From: a virus
Strand: one strand, 5' to 3'
Length of the DNA: 64,000 nucleotides
Virus record (IMG/VR): IMGVR_UViG_3300020152_000002
Location: 1 to 64,000 of that record
Part shown: piece by piece, positions 9,189 through 17,774 of the stretch
Layout of the letters: each line of letters opens with the position of its first letter
Numbering within the stretch: the first letter of the stretch is position 1
Translations under genes and position numbers: made by a program
Notes under the pieces: model-generated
The model's input: only the letters and a program-made list of their open reading frames with translations
Databases searched by the model: none
Told to the model about the DNA's origin: nothing

Positions 9189-9712
9189 CGTTCCTCGTGA
9201 TGCTCGTGCAGGTCCAGTGGACAGTGCCGCCCGGACAGCGCCGGTTCACCGTCACGAAGCTGCGGGCACTCCGCCCAGTTGCACTCCCCGTCGCTCGCGC
9301 CGTGGCACATGGTGCCCTTCGGGAAGTTGGCGACGGCCGCCTGCATCCCGGCGTGACCGTCGTGCCAAATCTGGTGCTCGTGAGAGCCCGGCGGATGCGG
9401 GTTGGCCTCGGGGCTGTCGCCACGCAGGAAGGCGTGACGACCGGCGCGCAGCAGGGCCTTGTTCGGCGTGTCGCCGGGGATCGCCACCAGCGTCTTAAGC
9501 GCCTCCGGGTCCAGCCTCGGCATCTTGATCTCGTAGCGGACTTCCGGCTGCACCACTTCCAGCGTCAACTCGCTGCCACAGGTGACGCACTCTGCCTTGA
9601 CGACCGGACGCGCGCCATTGCCTTCGCTCGCGCCTGTGAACAGGGCGAACGCCGACGCCCGACACTTCGGGCACCACAGCGGGTCGGACGGGTTATGACG
9701 CAGCCGGATCAT
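9185..9712 (-). CDS. zinc-binding hypothetical protein with an Rmf/CrpP-like motif
   Basis: CPKC..CVTC; GRHAFLRG..NPH..WHDG; C-terminal Cys/His cluster. Confidence 0.7.
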   Translation of the reverse strand: MIRLRHNPSDPLWCPKCRASAFALFTGASEGNGARPVVKAECVTCGSELTLEVVQPEVRYEIKMPRLDPEALKTLVAIPGDTPNKALLRAGRHAFLRGDSPEANPHPPGSHEHQIWHDGHAGMQAAVANFPKGTMCHGASDGECNWAECPQLRDGEPALSGRHCPLDLHEHHEER

Positions 9713-9897
9713 CAGCCCTCGCTCTCGTCGGCGGGGCGCGTCCATTGCTCGACTTCGGTCATCTCGAAGGAGCCGTAGGATCGCACCATGCGGTTGCCCT
9801 TAAGCTCCTTGATCTTCTTGTCGCGCTCGGACTTCGTGGAGAACCCTTCCCGGCGTTCCTCCCCGTCGAAGTCGTAGATCAAAACGTAGCGTTCCAT
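9712..9897 (-). CDS. small hypothetical protein
   Basis: MERYVLIY..., 61 aa; start uncertain. Confidence 0.6.
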   Translation of the reverse strand: MERYVLIYDFDGEERREGFSTKSERDKKIKELKGNRMVRSYGSFEMTEVEQWTRPADESEG

Positions 9898-9940
9898 GGC
9901 CGTCTCTCTTGCCAGCGTCATCGCCCGCTGGCTTGGCGTC

Positions 9941-10150
9941 TCACTGATACGGGTCGTTCGGTTCTTCGCGCCGACAGACCGCGCACCGGGTGTCCAGCTT
10001 GTTCGGCGTGAACCCCTCGGGACAGGTGCAGTAGCGTTTCGCATACCGCGTGAACTGGTCTTCCCGGAAGAACCAGATGTAGATGCAGGCCGCGAGGAAG
10101 ATCAGGACGCCGATCACCAGCGCCCATTCCTTGCCGGGTTCAACCGACAT
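9941..10150 (-). CDS. small membrane-anchored Cys-rich protein
   Basis: N-terminal TM, then CTC..CAVC; GGAGG RBS. Confidence 0.65.
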   Translation of the reverse strand: MSVEPGKEWALVIGVLIFLAACIYIWFFREDQFTRYAKRYCTCPEGFTPNKLDTRCAVCRREEPNDPYQ

Positions 10151-10403
10151 TGACGCCTCCGAACAGATACAGGGCGGCGACGATCACCGCCGACAGGATG
10201 ATGACGTGCAGCGCGTCGCGGGCGGCGCGCTTGGCGTCGTGACCGCGATAGCCGTAGTTCGTGCTGAACGACATGAAGCCGAGCAGCAGCGGCAGGATCA
10301 CGAGCAGCCAGCGCGGATCGCGGATGGCGAGCGCCGCCAGCGCACCGAAGACCGCCATGCCCGCGATGGGCGCGACGCGGTTGATCAGGAAACTACTGGT
10401 CAT
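10140..10403 (-). CDS. small multi-TM membrane protein
   Basis: Three hydrophobic segments; start at MTSSFL. Confidence 0.65.
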   Translation of the reverse strand: MTSSFLINRVAPIAGMAVFGALAALAIRDPRWLLVILPLLLGFMSFSTNYGYRGHDAKRAARDALHVIILSAVIVAALYLFGGVNVG

Positions 10404-10902
10404 CGGACACCGCCTTTCGGATGCGCGCGATCCAGCGGCCAAGGCGTTCGCGGATGCGCTGTTTCACGGGCTTGTAGATGGTCTGGACGATCTCGCCCGG
10501 CGTCAGGGCCTTCGGCCGCTGCGCGGTGTAGGGCACGTCCGCCAGCAGCACCGTGGGTTCGCCCTTGATCGGATCGCTGCCGAGAAGCTGCGTCGGCACT
10601 TCGACGAGGGCCAGCGCGTGATGGATGGCGGCCGTCACCGTCGTCTTGCCGGAGCCATGCGGACCCTCCACGAACACCGTCACCGGGCCGGGCACCGCCT
10701 TGACCGCCACGAACAGGTCGATCAGGTCGGCGGCTTGGCCGAGTATCTGCGGACTGGCTTGGAAGTCGCGGTCGAACTTCTTCCGCAGAGACGGATCACC
10801 AAGGTTGCCGAACTCGCCACTGTTTTGCAGCGAGTAGCGGACGGCGTTCCATTCCTTCTCGGTGAGCCGGACGTGCGCGGTGTCGTGTTTGAGGGCTGCC
10901 AT
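10393..10902 (-). CDS. hypothetical protein with a P-loop
   Basis: VFVEGPHGSGKTT Walker A; CAGGAG RBS. Confidence 0.75.
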   Translation of the reverse strand: MAALKHDTAHVRLTEKEWNAVRYSLQNSGEFGNLGDPSLRKKFDRDFQASPQILGQAADLIDLFVAVKAVPGPVTVFVEGPHGSGKTTVTAAIHHALALVEVPTQLLGSDPIKGEPTVLLADVPYTAQRPKALTPGEIVQTIYKPVKQRIRERLGRWIARIRKAVSDDQ

Positions 10903-10958
10903 GCCGTGCTTTGATCTCCTGCGTGAACGGGCTGCGTCGCCCTGACCGTGAGACCTAA

Positions 10959-10987
10959 GCCCTACGCCCAGCCCTTAGACCTGTCAA
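10959..10987 (-). promoter_or_regulatory. sigma70-like promoter
   Basis: TTGACA-N17-TAGGGC. Confidence 0.65.
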
Positions 10988-11017
10988 GCACCAGAAATCG
11001 GGCAAGCCCGGATACAC

Positions 11018-11045
11018 GAAACCCCCGATCCGAAGACCGGGGGCT
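11018..11045 (-). terminator. intrinsic terminator
   Basis: CCCCCGGTC-TTCG-GATCGGGGG followed by TTTCGT. Confidence 0.75.
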
Positions 11046-11230
11046 CGTTGGCGGAGCCTTGGTTGTTGGACCGGCGGCTCGCCGGGGAGATGTCGGGTCG
11101 TGGACGCTCCCCAGCGCCACGGCATCACGCCCGACTCATGCCCTTCGCCCTGTCGCTATCAGGCTCGGGTAATCCAAGGCCCGGAGGGGAGGCCGCGTAA
11201 GAGGCCAGCCGGACCAGCGACGGATCAGGC
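11018..11230 (-). ncRNA. candidate structured non-coding RNA (~210 nt)
   Basis: Own promoter (TTGACA 11264-11259, TAGGGT 11240-11235) and terminator; several nested helices; no credible ORF. Confidence 0.5.
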
Positions 11231-11237
11231 GGCGACC

Positions 11238-11747
11238 CTAGTCCGGCTCCGGCGAGCCTGTCAAGCGGGCCTGTTCTCGGGCCACATAGTCGGGGTCTGC
11301 GGGCCGGGGCCACCCCTGCTGCTGGGCCAGCAGCATCTTGGCGTCACGCTTCCGCTTGCGTTCCAGCTTGGCCTCGATCTTCGCCTGTCGCCGGGCTCGC
11401 TTCTCGGCCGCGTAGACCGGGTTGGCGTTCCGCTCCTGCCGCAGGCGCGTGTAGATCGGGATGGCGAGCGGAAGGATGCGCGCCTGTATGGCGAGTTCCT
11501 TCTTCGTCGGCATCCGGTTCCCCTTGCCGCCGTTACATGGACTGCAAGCTGCCAGCCCGTTTTTGATGCTGTTGCGACCGCCCTTCGACTTCGGGATGAC
11601 GTGATCGAACGTAGGCCAGACGGCAGGTGCATCGACTTCGATGTCCTCCGTCGTGAACTTGGCCGGGCAGTAGGCGCAAACCCCGCCTTGGGCTTCGACG
11701 AGCGCGAGAACGCGCATCGTCAAGGCTTGTGTGCTCTTTCTGCCCAC
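11238..11747 (-). CDS. HNH endonuclease
   Basis: CAYC...TFDHVIPKSKGG.N...NGLAACSPCNGGKG. Confidence 0.92.
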   Translation of the reverse strand: MGRKSTQALTMRVLALVEAQGGVCAYCPAKFTTEDIEVDAPAVWPTFDHVIPKSKGGRNSIKNGLAACSPCNGGKGNRMPTKKELAIQARILPLAIPIYTRLRQERNANPVYAAEKRARRQAKIEAKLERKRKRDAKMLLAQQQGWPRPADPDYVAREQARLTGSPEPD

Positions 11748-12070
11748 TAGGACGCTCTACGAATGAACCCGACGAACCGGCCGCCGATATAGACGCCGTG
11801 CTGCCACGCGCGTCGATAGTCCTGCGCCGAATAGAACGGCCCCATGCGGTAGCTCCACATGTAGACGCCCCGCTCGAAGTTGTAGCCGATGCCGAGCGGC
11901 TTGGACACCCATCGCCACTCGGCACCCTCCGGCGGGTCCATGCGCTGCGGCAGGGCCGCCAGAGCCCGCGCCCGGAGGCGCAGGACCGGGGCGACCGCCC
12001 GGCGGCGCTGGGCTGCCCACCAGACGATGAGAGCCAGCCGCCGGGCCTGCCAGATCGACCGATCAGCCAA
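11747..12070 (-). CDS. hypothetical protein
   Basis: 107 aa; overlaps both neighbours in operon fashion. Confidence 0.6.
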   Translation of the reverse strand: MADRSIWQARRLALIVWWAAQRRRAVAPVLRLRARALAALPQRMDPPEGAEWRWVSKPLGIGYNFERGVYMWSYRMGPFYSAQDYRRAWQHGVYIGGRFVGFIRRAS

Positions 12071-13031
12071 TGATCTGCCCCCACTCGTCGGTGACGGGCT
12101 CGCTGGACGGCGCAGCCTCGGCCAAGGGAGCCGACGCCGGGGCTGCCAGTTCTTCCTCGCTGAACCCGGCTTCGCGGGCGACCCGGAACATCACGTCGCG
12201 GTTGAAGTTGGACAGCGTGGCGTCGTTCAGGGCCTCCCGGATGTCCGACAGCAGCGCCTCGCGCTTCGTCTGGCGCTCCTTCATCATCCGCTCGCGTTCG
12301 GCGGCGCGCTCGGCCGCTTCCCGCTCCGCCTGTTCGGCGCGCAGGCGTCGGTCTTCGAGCCACAGACGGTCTTCTTCGAGGATCGCCGGGCGGGTCTTGA
12401 GGCGGCCTTGCTCGGACAGCGTGGGGAACAGCATCAGGGCTTCTTCCTTCGACCCGAAGTTCTTGGCGTCGTGCATGAACATCTTGTCGCTGCTGTCACT
12501 GATGCGCTTCTCGTAGCTCATCACCGCTCCGCTCACGCGCGGATTGCGCGGCTCGGCATCGCTGGCGCGCGTCTCGCGTTCCCAGCCGTGGATTTCCCAC
12601 AGTTGCCCCCAGCCGTTGTCGATGCAGATGAAACCGACGACCCGATCTTCTTCCTCGTCCGCCAGAATGCCGGTGTCGATCACCGGGTAGACGGACTTGT
12701 AGCCGTAGCGACGGACACCGTAGGGGTTGTTCTCATCGGACGCATCCACGCGCTCGCCGAGCGTAAAGCCGATGGGTTCCGCCTTGAGCTTGGCGGCCAG
12801 CATCTTCGACTGGCACTTCGAGCACGGCCGAAACGCCTTCTCGTAGTCCGTCATTCCATAGGGCAGCGTGTAGGTGCCGAAGCTCGACTTGAACCCCCGG
12901 CCGGTCTCGCCGCACCACGCGGTGAAGTTCACGCGCTCCGGGCCGGTCGTGCCGTCGCCGTTCTGCGACAGTTCCCCGGTGTCCTCGCGGCTCTTGACGA
13001 TATGATCGCGGCGTCCAGATGAGCGGGCCAT
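12063..13031 (-). CDS. hypothetical protein with a coiled coil
   Basis: 322 aa; AGGAGG RBS; E/R-rich helix; ends DEWGQIIG. Confidence 0.85.
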   Translation of the reverse strand: MARSSGRRDHIVKSREDTGELSQNGDGTTGPERVNFTAWCGETGRGFKSSFGTYTLPYGMTDYEKAFRPCSKCQSKMLAAKLKAEPIGFTLGERVDASDENNPYGVRRYGYKSVYPVIDTGILADEEEDRVVGFICIDNGWGQLWEIHGWERETRASDAEPRNPRVSGAVMSYEKRISDSSDKMFMHDAKNFGSKEEALMLFPTLSEQGRLKTRPAILEEDRLWLEDRRLRAEQAEREAAERAAERERMMKERQTKREALLSDIREALNDATLSNFNRDVMFRVAREAGFSEEELAAPASAPLAEAAPSSEPVTDEWGQIIG

Positions 13032-13073
13032 ATTGCAGCCTCCTATGATGACGTGGCGTTATTGCAGCCACCG

Positions 13074-13131
13074 AAAAAGGGTGCCGCCGAAGCGACACCC
13101 CTCTCTAGGACAGTTTGATGCGGACTGTCAA
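13074..13131 (-). promoter_or_regulatory. overlapping promoter and intrinsic terminator
   Basis: TTGACA-N18-TAGAGA (13131-13102) directly followed by GGGTGTCGC-TTCG-GCGGCACCC-TTTTT (13100-13074). Confidence 0.7.
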
Positions 13132-13427
13132 GCGCGGCGAAACTTGAAGCTCGCGTCGTAGGTTTCGTTGTAGGCGGGCTTGTCGTATTCGACCTTCCAG
13201 CCTGCGTCACGGTAGGCTTCTTCGACGTTCAGCCAGCCGTTGTCGAAGATTTCCTGCCGAACCATACCGCCCGCTTCCAGCTTCGCCAGCACGTCCTTTT
13301 GCAGGATGGTGGCGCTGCCGTTCGTGAACTTGAGCGCCAGCAGTTCGTTGAAGGCGTCGAACACCGCCTCCGGGATATGCTGGCGCTTCGCGGCTGCGAT
13401 GTCGTCGGGGGATAGCGGACCCGCCAT
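13128..13427 (-). CDS. hypothetical phage protein
   Basis: MAGPLSP...GWKVEYDKP; AAGGAG RBS; start re-called. Confidence 0.8.
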   Translation of the reverse strand: MAGPLSPDDIAAAKRQHIPEAVFDAFNELLALKFTNGSATILQKDVLAKLEAGGMVRQEIFDNGWLNVEEAYRDAGWKVEYDKPAYNETYDASFKFRRA

Positions 13428-13672
13428 CAGTCGTCTCCTTCCACGCTCTGTTGAACTTCGAGGACAGTGGCGAAGGTCTCGCCCCTGATCTTGCTGCCGA
13501 AGGGTTTGTAGCAGAAGCCGCCCTTGGCCGGGATGATCTCGCCCGTCTTCTTGCCGTCGATCTTGACCACGATCCTGTCGGCCCCGCGCTGAACCGGGCG
13601 CGGCGACTGATAGTATTCGATGGTGGCCCCGCCGACGATCCGGCAGCGCCGGATCAGCTTCGCGTTGTTGGC
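13427..13672 (-). CDS. small coding frame without a canonical start (readthrough, non-AUG start or pseudogene)
   Basis: 81 open codons in frame after the TAA of the upstream gene; typical codon usage; ends in TGATG coupling. Confidence 0.5.
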   Translation of the reverse strand, partial: ANNAKLIRRCRIVGGATIEYYQSPRPVQRGADRIVVKIDGKKTGEIIPAKGGFCYKPFGSKIRGETFATVLEVQQSVEGDD

Positions 13673-14194
13673 TTAGGCCCCCTCCATGGAACGGATGTTC
13701 AGGTCGGCGGCGGTCAGTTCCAGCACCTTCGGACCCTGATAGTTGACATCGCTGATGTCGCGGATCGTGCCCGACCAGTTGGCCTTGATTTCCTCGTAGA
13801 TCGCGCGGTTGGCCTCGGACATCGAGCCGTCCATCACGTCTTCCTCGGGCGTCGGCACTTCGCTGTGCCAGAGGACCACGCCGCCGATCTGGCGCGCGAA
13901 GACGCGCTCGCCCGCCGAGTTGATGCCGTGGATGATGCTGCGCGAGCGCACCGGGCGGAACAGCGGGGCCGCCTCGTCGATGACCATGCGGCCGGTGTCC
14001 TCGTCGAACAGGCTGTGATCGCCGTCGCGCAGACCAGACTTGAAGCAGTCGAAGGCGAACTGACCCGCATCGTCGTTCGAGAAGGTGGCGACGCTGTTGC
14101 CGACGCCCGCCTGATAGCCGGGGGTGCATTCATACATCGGGGCGTCGGTGATCTTGACAGCGCCACCGAGGGCCTTGTGAGCGAACAGTTTCAT
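13673..14194 (-). CDS. hypothetical protein
   Basis: 173 aa; GGGAGA RBS. Confidence 0.8.
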   Translation of the reverse strand: MKLFAHKALGGAVKITDAPMYECTPGYQAGVGNSVATFSNDDAGQFAFDCFKSGLRDGDHSLFDEDTGRMVIDEAAPLFRPVRSRSIIHGINSAGERVFARQIGGVVLWHSEVPTPEEDVMDGSMSEANRAIYEEIKANWSGTIRDISDVNYQGPKVLELTAADLNIRSMEGA

Positions 14195-14230
14195 AGGTGC
14201 GGGTCTCCCTGTGCGGTTGATAACGTCCTA

Positions 14231-14259
14231 CCTATGGACTGCGTGATTAGGACTGTCAA
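14231..14259 (-). promoter_or_regulatory. sigma70-like promoter
   Basis: TTGACA-N17-CATAGG; downstream leader matches the helicase leader. Confidence 0.6.
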
Positions 14260-14726
14260 TGCCCCTGCGCGATTTTCTGCGTTTCTTCCAGATGCTCGAT
14301 GACTTCGTTCGCCTGCGCTTTGGACAGCGAACTGATCCAGTCCCACACCTTCATCTCCCAGTCGGCGGGTCCGAGATGCGGGATGTCGCGGTCGTCTTCG
14401 CGCAGCTTCCAGCAGTTCCATGTCGAATAGGACAGCGCCTTGAGGATCGCCCATATCTTCGACCGCTGCTGATCGGTAACGGGCGTCTCATCCGCAGGCG
14501 GCGGCTCCGGCAATGCGACCAGATAGGTCAGCGCATCCTTGGCTTCGACGAAGGTCAGTTGCGCGATCCAGTCAGCAACCGGCACCTTGTCGCGCCAGTC
14601 CAGATGCGGGATCGGATACAGGCTGCGGTCCACGTCTCCGCAGACGGCCGGGTTCCCGGCGCGCAGGCGCATCAGCGAGGCGATGTAGTCCTTCTGGCCC
14701 TGCGAGGCGAACTTCACTTCCGTCAT
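14256..14726 (-). CDS. hypothetical protein with an internal duplication
   Basis: MTEVKFASQGQK...DWIAQLTFVEAKDAL versus VTDQQRSKI...DWISSLSKAQANEVI. Confidence 0.7.
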   Translation of the reverse strand: MTEVKFASQGQKDYIASLMRLRAGNPAVCGDVDRSLYPIPHLDWRDKVPVADWIAQLTFVEAKDALTYLVALPEPPPADETPVTDQQRSKIWAILKALSYSTWNCWKLREDDRDIPHLGPADWEMKVWDWISSLSKAQANEVIEHLEETQKIAQGH

Positions 14727-15007
14727 CGTGATCCCGGCCCTAGTCCTATGGCGCACCTGCGGCCATGCTCGATGATCTGGTCCAAGATCGTCGGCTCCCT
14801 TTGGCCGATGACCGTGATCTCCACCTTGTCGCCGACTTGGATGCCAACGTGCCCGCCGCGCGCTGCGCGCTCCGGCGAAACATGCACCTTGATCTTCGCT
14901 TCGCCCGATCCCGAGCAATCAAGGCAGATCGCCACGCCGTTCTTGACGCCCTTCGGCATCGGGTCGCGTGGGATGTATCCCAGCCCCTTGCATGGCTCGC
15001 ACTTCAT
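14723..15007 (-). CDS. DnaJ-type zinc-finger small protein
   Basis: CEPCKGLG..CLDCSGSG. Confidence 0.7.
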   Translation of the reverse strand: MKCEPCKGLGYIPRDPMPKGVKNGVAICLDCSGSGEAKIKVHVSPERAARGGHVGIQVGDKVEITVIGQREPTILDQIIEHGRRCAIGLGPGSR

Positions 15008-15879
15008 TTGATGTCCTTGTCACTGTCCGGCGCATAGCCGTAACGCAGGTGCCCGTGCCGGTCGTCACAGACGACGATCACTTCGCAGCGCAGTTCTTCC
15101 ATCGTCTGTTTCAGGTTGTTGATGGCGTGTCTGGACAGCGTGATCGAGCAGTCATAGCGACCGCTGCCATACATGGCATCGGCGACCCGGCGGGCTATGA
15201 ACTCCGGGCAGCCGAAGCCGACGACCGCACCGCCGATCATGTCGGCTTCCTGACGATCCGGCCAAGGGTGGTCATCGACCGGAGTGCGATCCACATAGCG
15301 GGGCGACAGGGTGCCAGTGTAGCGGATGCTGATGGCGATGCCCCAGTCCGTCGATGACGGCTTGCGGCCGTAAGGCGCGGGCAGCGCCGCCATGATCGGT
15401 GTGTAGCCGAGCAGCATCCGCATCAGGATCATCAGTTCGATCTTGGCGTAGTCGCCGAAGATCAGCACGTCCTGACGGCAGTATTCCCGGACCTTCTGAT
15501 TGAACCTGCGAGCCGCCCGGCCGTAGATGTCGTCGATCCTGTTCTCGTGGACGACGTGACCGTTGTGGAAGACGTATCGTTGACCCTCGCGGAAACCTGC
15601 GAGCGACTGCATGAAGGACTTCGTTCCCTGCCGCGTATAGTCGCGCATCTTGCCGGGATAACGTCCGGTGTCGGTGCCCTTGACGTAGCGGTCCTTGAAC
15701 TCGTCGTAGCTCCCCGGCGGAGTGTCGAACGCCGCCATCGCCATGATGTCGCGCAGGTAGCTCGGGCCTTCGACCAGACGGCCGGTTGGCGACGCCCGCA
15801 GCGGATTGTCGCTGTCGCACTCGTCGCAGATCGCGTCGGCGCAGTTGTGGCAGCCCGGCTTGACGTGCGTCTTAGTCAT
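15004..15879 (-). CDS. hypothetical protein
   Basis: 291 aa; N-terminal CHNC..CDEC; internal GDYAKIELMIL. Confidence 0.75.
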   Translation of the reverse strand: MTKTHVKPGCHNCADAICDECDSDNPLRASPTGRLVEGPSYLRDIMAMAAFDTPPGSYDEFKDRYVKGTDTGRYPGKMRDYTRQGTKSFMQSLAGFREGQRYVFHNGHVVHENRIDDIYGRAARRFNQKVREYCRQDVLIFGDYAKIELMILMRMLLGYTPIMAALPAPYGRKPSSTDWGIAISIRYTGTLSPRYVDRTPVDDHPWPDRQEADMIGGAVVGFGCPEFIARRVADAMYGSGRYDCSITLSRHAINNLKQTMEELRCEVIVVCDDRHGHLRYGYAPDSDKDIK

Positions 15880-16066
15880 CCGGCATCTCCCGATGCAACG
15901 CCAAGGCCATGTTGATCAGGTCGCCCTTCTCCATGCGGCCGAGCCCTTGTGGCTCCGGCCTGCCCAGCGCACGGGACATGCTGCGGATGTTGCCTTCGGC
16001 GACGCGCCTGTGCCGCTTCGAGTAGTAGGCGTGGCTGACCGACGTGACTGTAGTGACAGTCCCCAT
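15872..16066 (-). CDS. small hypothetical protein
   Basis: 64 aa; TGATG coupling. Confidence 0.55.
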   Translation of the reverse strand: MGTVTTVTSVSHAYYSKRHRRVAEGNIRSMSRALGRPEPQGLGRMEKGDLINMALALHREMPDD

Positions 16067-16302
16067 CAGTTGCCGTTCGCCTCGGCGTTCGTCGGGCGAC
16101 CCTTGTAGGTCTCGGCCCAGTGGATCATGCCGTCGTCGTCCGCGATCAGGTATTCGTCACGGAACAGGTTGTCGATGGCGTTGCGCGCCAGATCGTCGGC
16201 GAACGTCTCCTTGAAGCCGGTCAGCAGCCCGGAGCGCGTCTGCGGCCCGTGCTTCTCGATCCATTGGCGGGCGTATCGTTGCTCGTTCAGCGAGGACGCC
16301 AT
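16066..16302 (-). CDS. small hypothetical protein (possibly winged-helix-like)
   Basis: 78 aa; AAGGAG RBS. Confidence 0.7.
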   Translation of the reverse strand: MASSLNEQRYARQWIEKHGPQTRSGLLTGFKETFADDLARNAIDNLFRDEYLIADDDGMIHWAETYKGRPTNAEANGN

Positions 16303-16342
16303 GTTGCTGTCTCCTTCGTTCTGTGACCAGTCGTGAGCCTCG

Positions 16343-16371
16343 GCTATAAACCGGGCAAGCCCGATTGTCTA
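16343..16371 (-). promoter_or_regulatory. promoter with a palindrome in the spacer
   Basis: TAGACA-N17-TATAGC; spacer contains CGGGCTTGCCCG. Confidence 0.6.
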
Positions 16372-16671
16372 GGCCGCCTGCGGCTTGGGTGGCCGGAACT
16401 CGTAGCCCTCCGCCTCGGCCCAGTGTCGCGCCTCGGCGATAGCGGGTTCGGGCTCGCCATAGCGGCCGTCGCCGGTCTCCCAAGGCTCCGGGAAGCCCGG
16501 CCCATCCCACAGCAGGATCGCCGCCCAGCCGCTTCCCAGCTTGCCGACTTCGATCCAGAACTTCGGCTTCTCCTTGACCTGATCGTCGAGTTGCTGCGCG
16601 CCGGACTGGACGTTCTCGGTCAGCTTCGTCTTGAACGGGTCGAACATCGGGTGTGACTTAGCGGACTTCAT
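16369..16671 (-). CDS. hypothetical protein
   Basis: Start at MKSAKS after GGAGGA. Confidence 0.7.
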   Translation of the reverse strand: MKSAKSHPMFDPFKTKLTENVQSGAQQLDDQVKEKPKFWIEVGKLGSGWAAILLWDGPGFPEPWETGDGRYGEPEPAIAEARHWAEAEGYEFRPPKPQAA

Positions 16672-17089
16672 CAGCTTCCTCCGTCTTCGCAGCCGGGTCC
16701 GCCGTGAGCAGCTTGACGGCCGCACCGATGGCCCGACGCATCCGGCTCTCCCATTCGCTGCGGTAGGTGGTCAGGCCCAGCGATCCGGCGTTGCCCGTCC
16801 ACGCCAGATGACCGTCGCCGCGATCCGGGAAGAACGCCTCAAGGGCGGCCTCCACGATGTCGTCGCGCCCGGCTGCGGGACCGTGCCAGCGTTCGACCGC
16901 CCACGTCTTGCGCGGGTCTGGCCCGAGTCCGTCGTTCAGGTCGCGGCCGGTTTGCAGAACCAAGTCCTCGTAGGACTTGCGCCAGTAGGCGCGATCACGG
17001 GACAGCTTGTCCAGCGTGTCGTTCCGTTTCAGCCACCAGACGGTGATCATGCCGCCGATGAAGGCAGCGACGATGAGGGCGATGGTCAT
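16658..17089 (-). CDS. membrane-anchored hypothetical protein
   Basis: N-terminal TM MTIALIVAAFIGGMITVWWL. Confidence 0.7.
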   Translation of the reverse strand: MTIALIVAAFIGGMITVWWLKRNDTLDKLSRDRAYWRKSYEDLVLQTGRDLNDGLGPDPRKTWAVERWHGPAAGRDDIVEAALEAFFPDRGDGHLAWTGNAGSLGLTTYRSEWESRMRRAIGAAVKLLTADPAAKTEEADEVR

Positions 17090-17355
17090 GTGCTCGCTCC
17101 GGGGTCCGGGAACCGCGTCGAGCGATCCCAAATGATGCCGTCTTCGTGCATGAAGGCGACGCGGTATTCGTCCCGGTTGATCTTGTCGCGCGGGAAGGCG
17201 TTCTCGATCCTGTAGGTCACGAGATAGCCGGTGCCGATCACCAGCATCCCCAGTGCTTGCAGCGCGTGGCTGGCTCGACTGGGATGCTCCTTGCGGATCA
17301 GCGCCATCAGCGCGTCACGCCGGGCCTGATCGTGAACCTTCACCGGCTTGGTCAT
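17086..17355 (-). CDS. hypothetical protein
   Basis: MTKPVKV; ATGA overlaps. Confidence 0.65.
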   Translation of the reverse strand: MTKPVKVHDQARRDALMALIRKEHPSRASHALQALGMLVIGTGYLVTYRIENAFPRDKINRDEYRVAFMHEDGIIWDRSTRFPDPGAST

Positions 17356-17774
17356 CGGTAGACCCACAGCAGGGTCGCGCCGACGCTCACCGCCAGCAGG
17401 ACGCCGCCGATGAACCAGCGGGCGATCCGCCAGAACTGGGCAGCGTCGGCGACCCGGCGCGCATGGTCTGCGGCGACGCGCTCTTGCTCCGCCTTGAAGG
17501 CCGCCGCGCGCATCTCCTTCGCCTTGTCCGTGTCCAGCAGGATGTCGCACCGGAACGGGCCGCCGAAGCCGAAGCTGACGTTGATCTTCGAGCCGCACCG
17601 GGCGCACTCGTAGTTCGTGGACATGCCGCCGCTTGGCCCCTCGTAGAACTCCCCGACCGTCCCGCAGCACGGGCAGGTGTTGTTCCGGGCGGCAGCGACG
17701 TTCGGCTCGCCGTAGGTGCTGGCTTCGACTGCCAACATGCGCTGCGCCGCAGCGGGTGCTTCACGAAGGCTCAT
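17352..17774 (-). CDS. zinc-ribbon protein with a C-terminal TM
   Basis: CPCC..GPSGGMSTN.ECARC; hydrophobic end; AAGGAG RBS. Confidence 0.7.
   Translation of the reverse strand: MSLREAPAAAQRMLAVEASTYGEPNVAAARNNTCPCCGTVGEFYEGPSGGMSTNYECARCGSKINVSFGFGGPFRCDILLDTDKAKEMRAAAFKAEQERVAADHARRVADAAQFWRIARWFIGGVLLAVSVGATLLWVYR

Noticed and set aside
11120-11170. Hammerhead ribozyme or tRNA in the RNA candidate (CUGAUAG..GCGAA)
   Set aside because: Lacks the CUGANGA/GAAA core and any cloverleaf, T-loop or CCA end.
11238-11747. HNH as an intron- or intein-encoded endonuclease
   Set aside because: It is free-standing; no interrupted gene or splice motifs seen around it.
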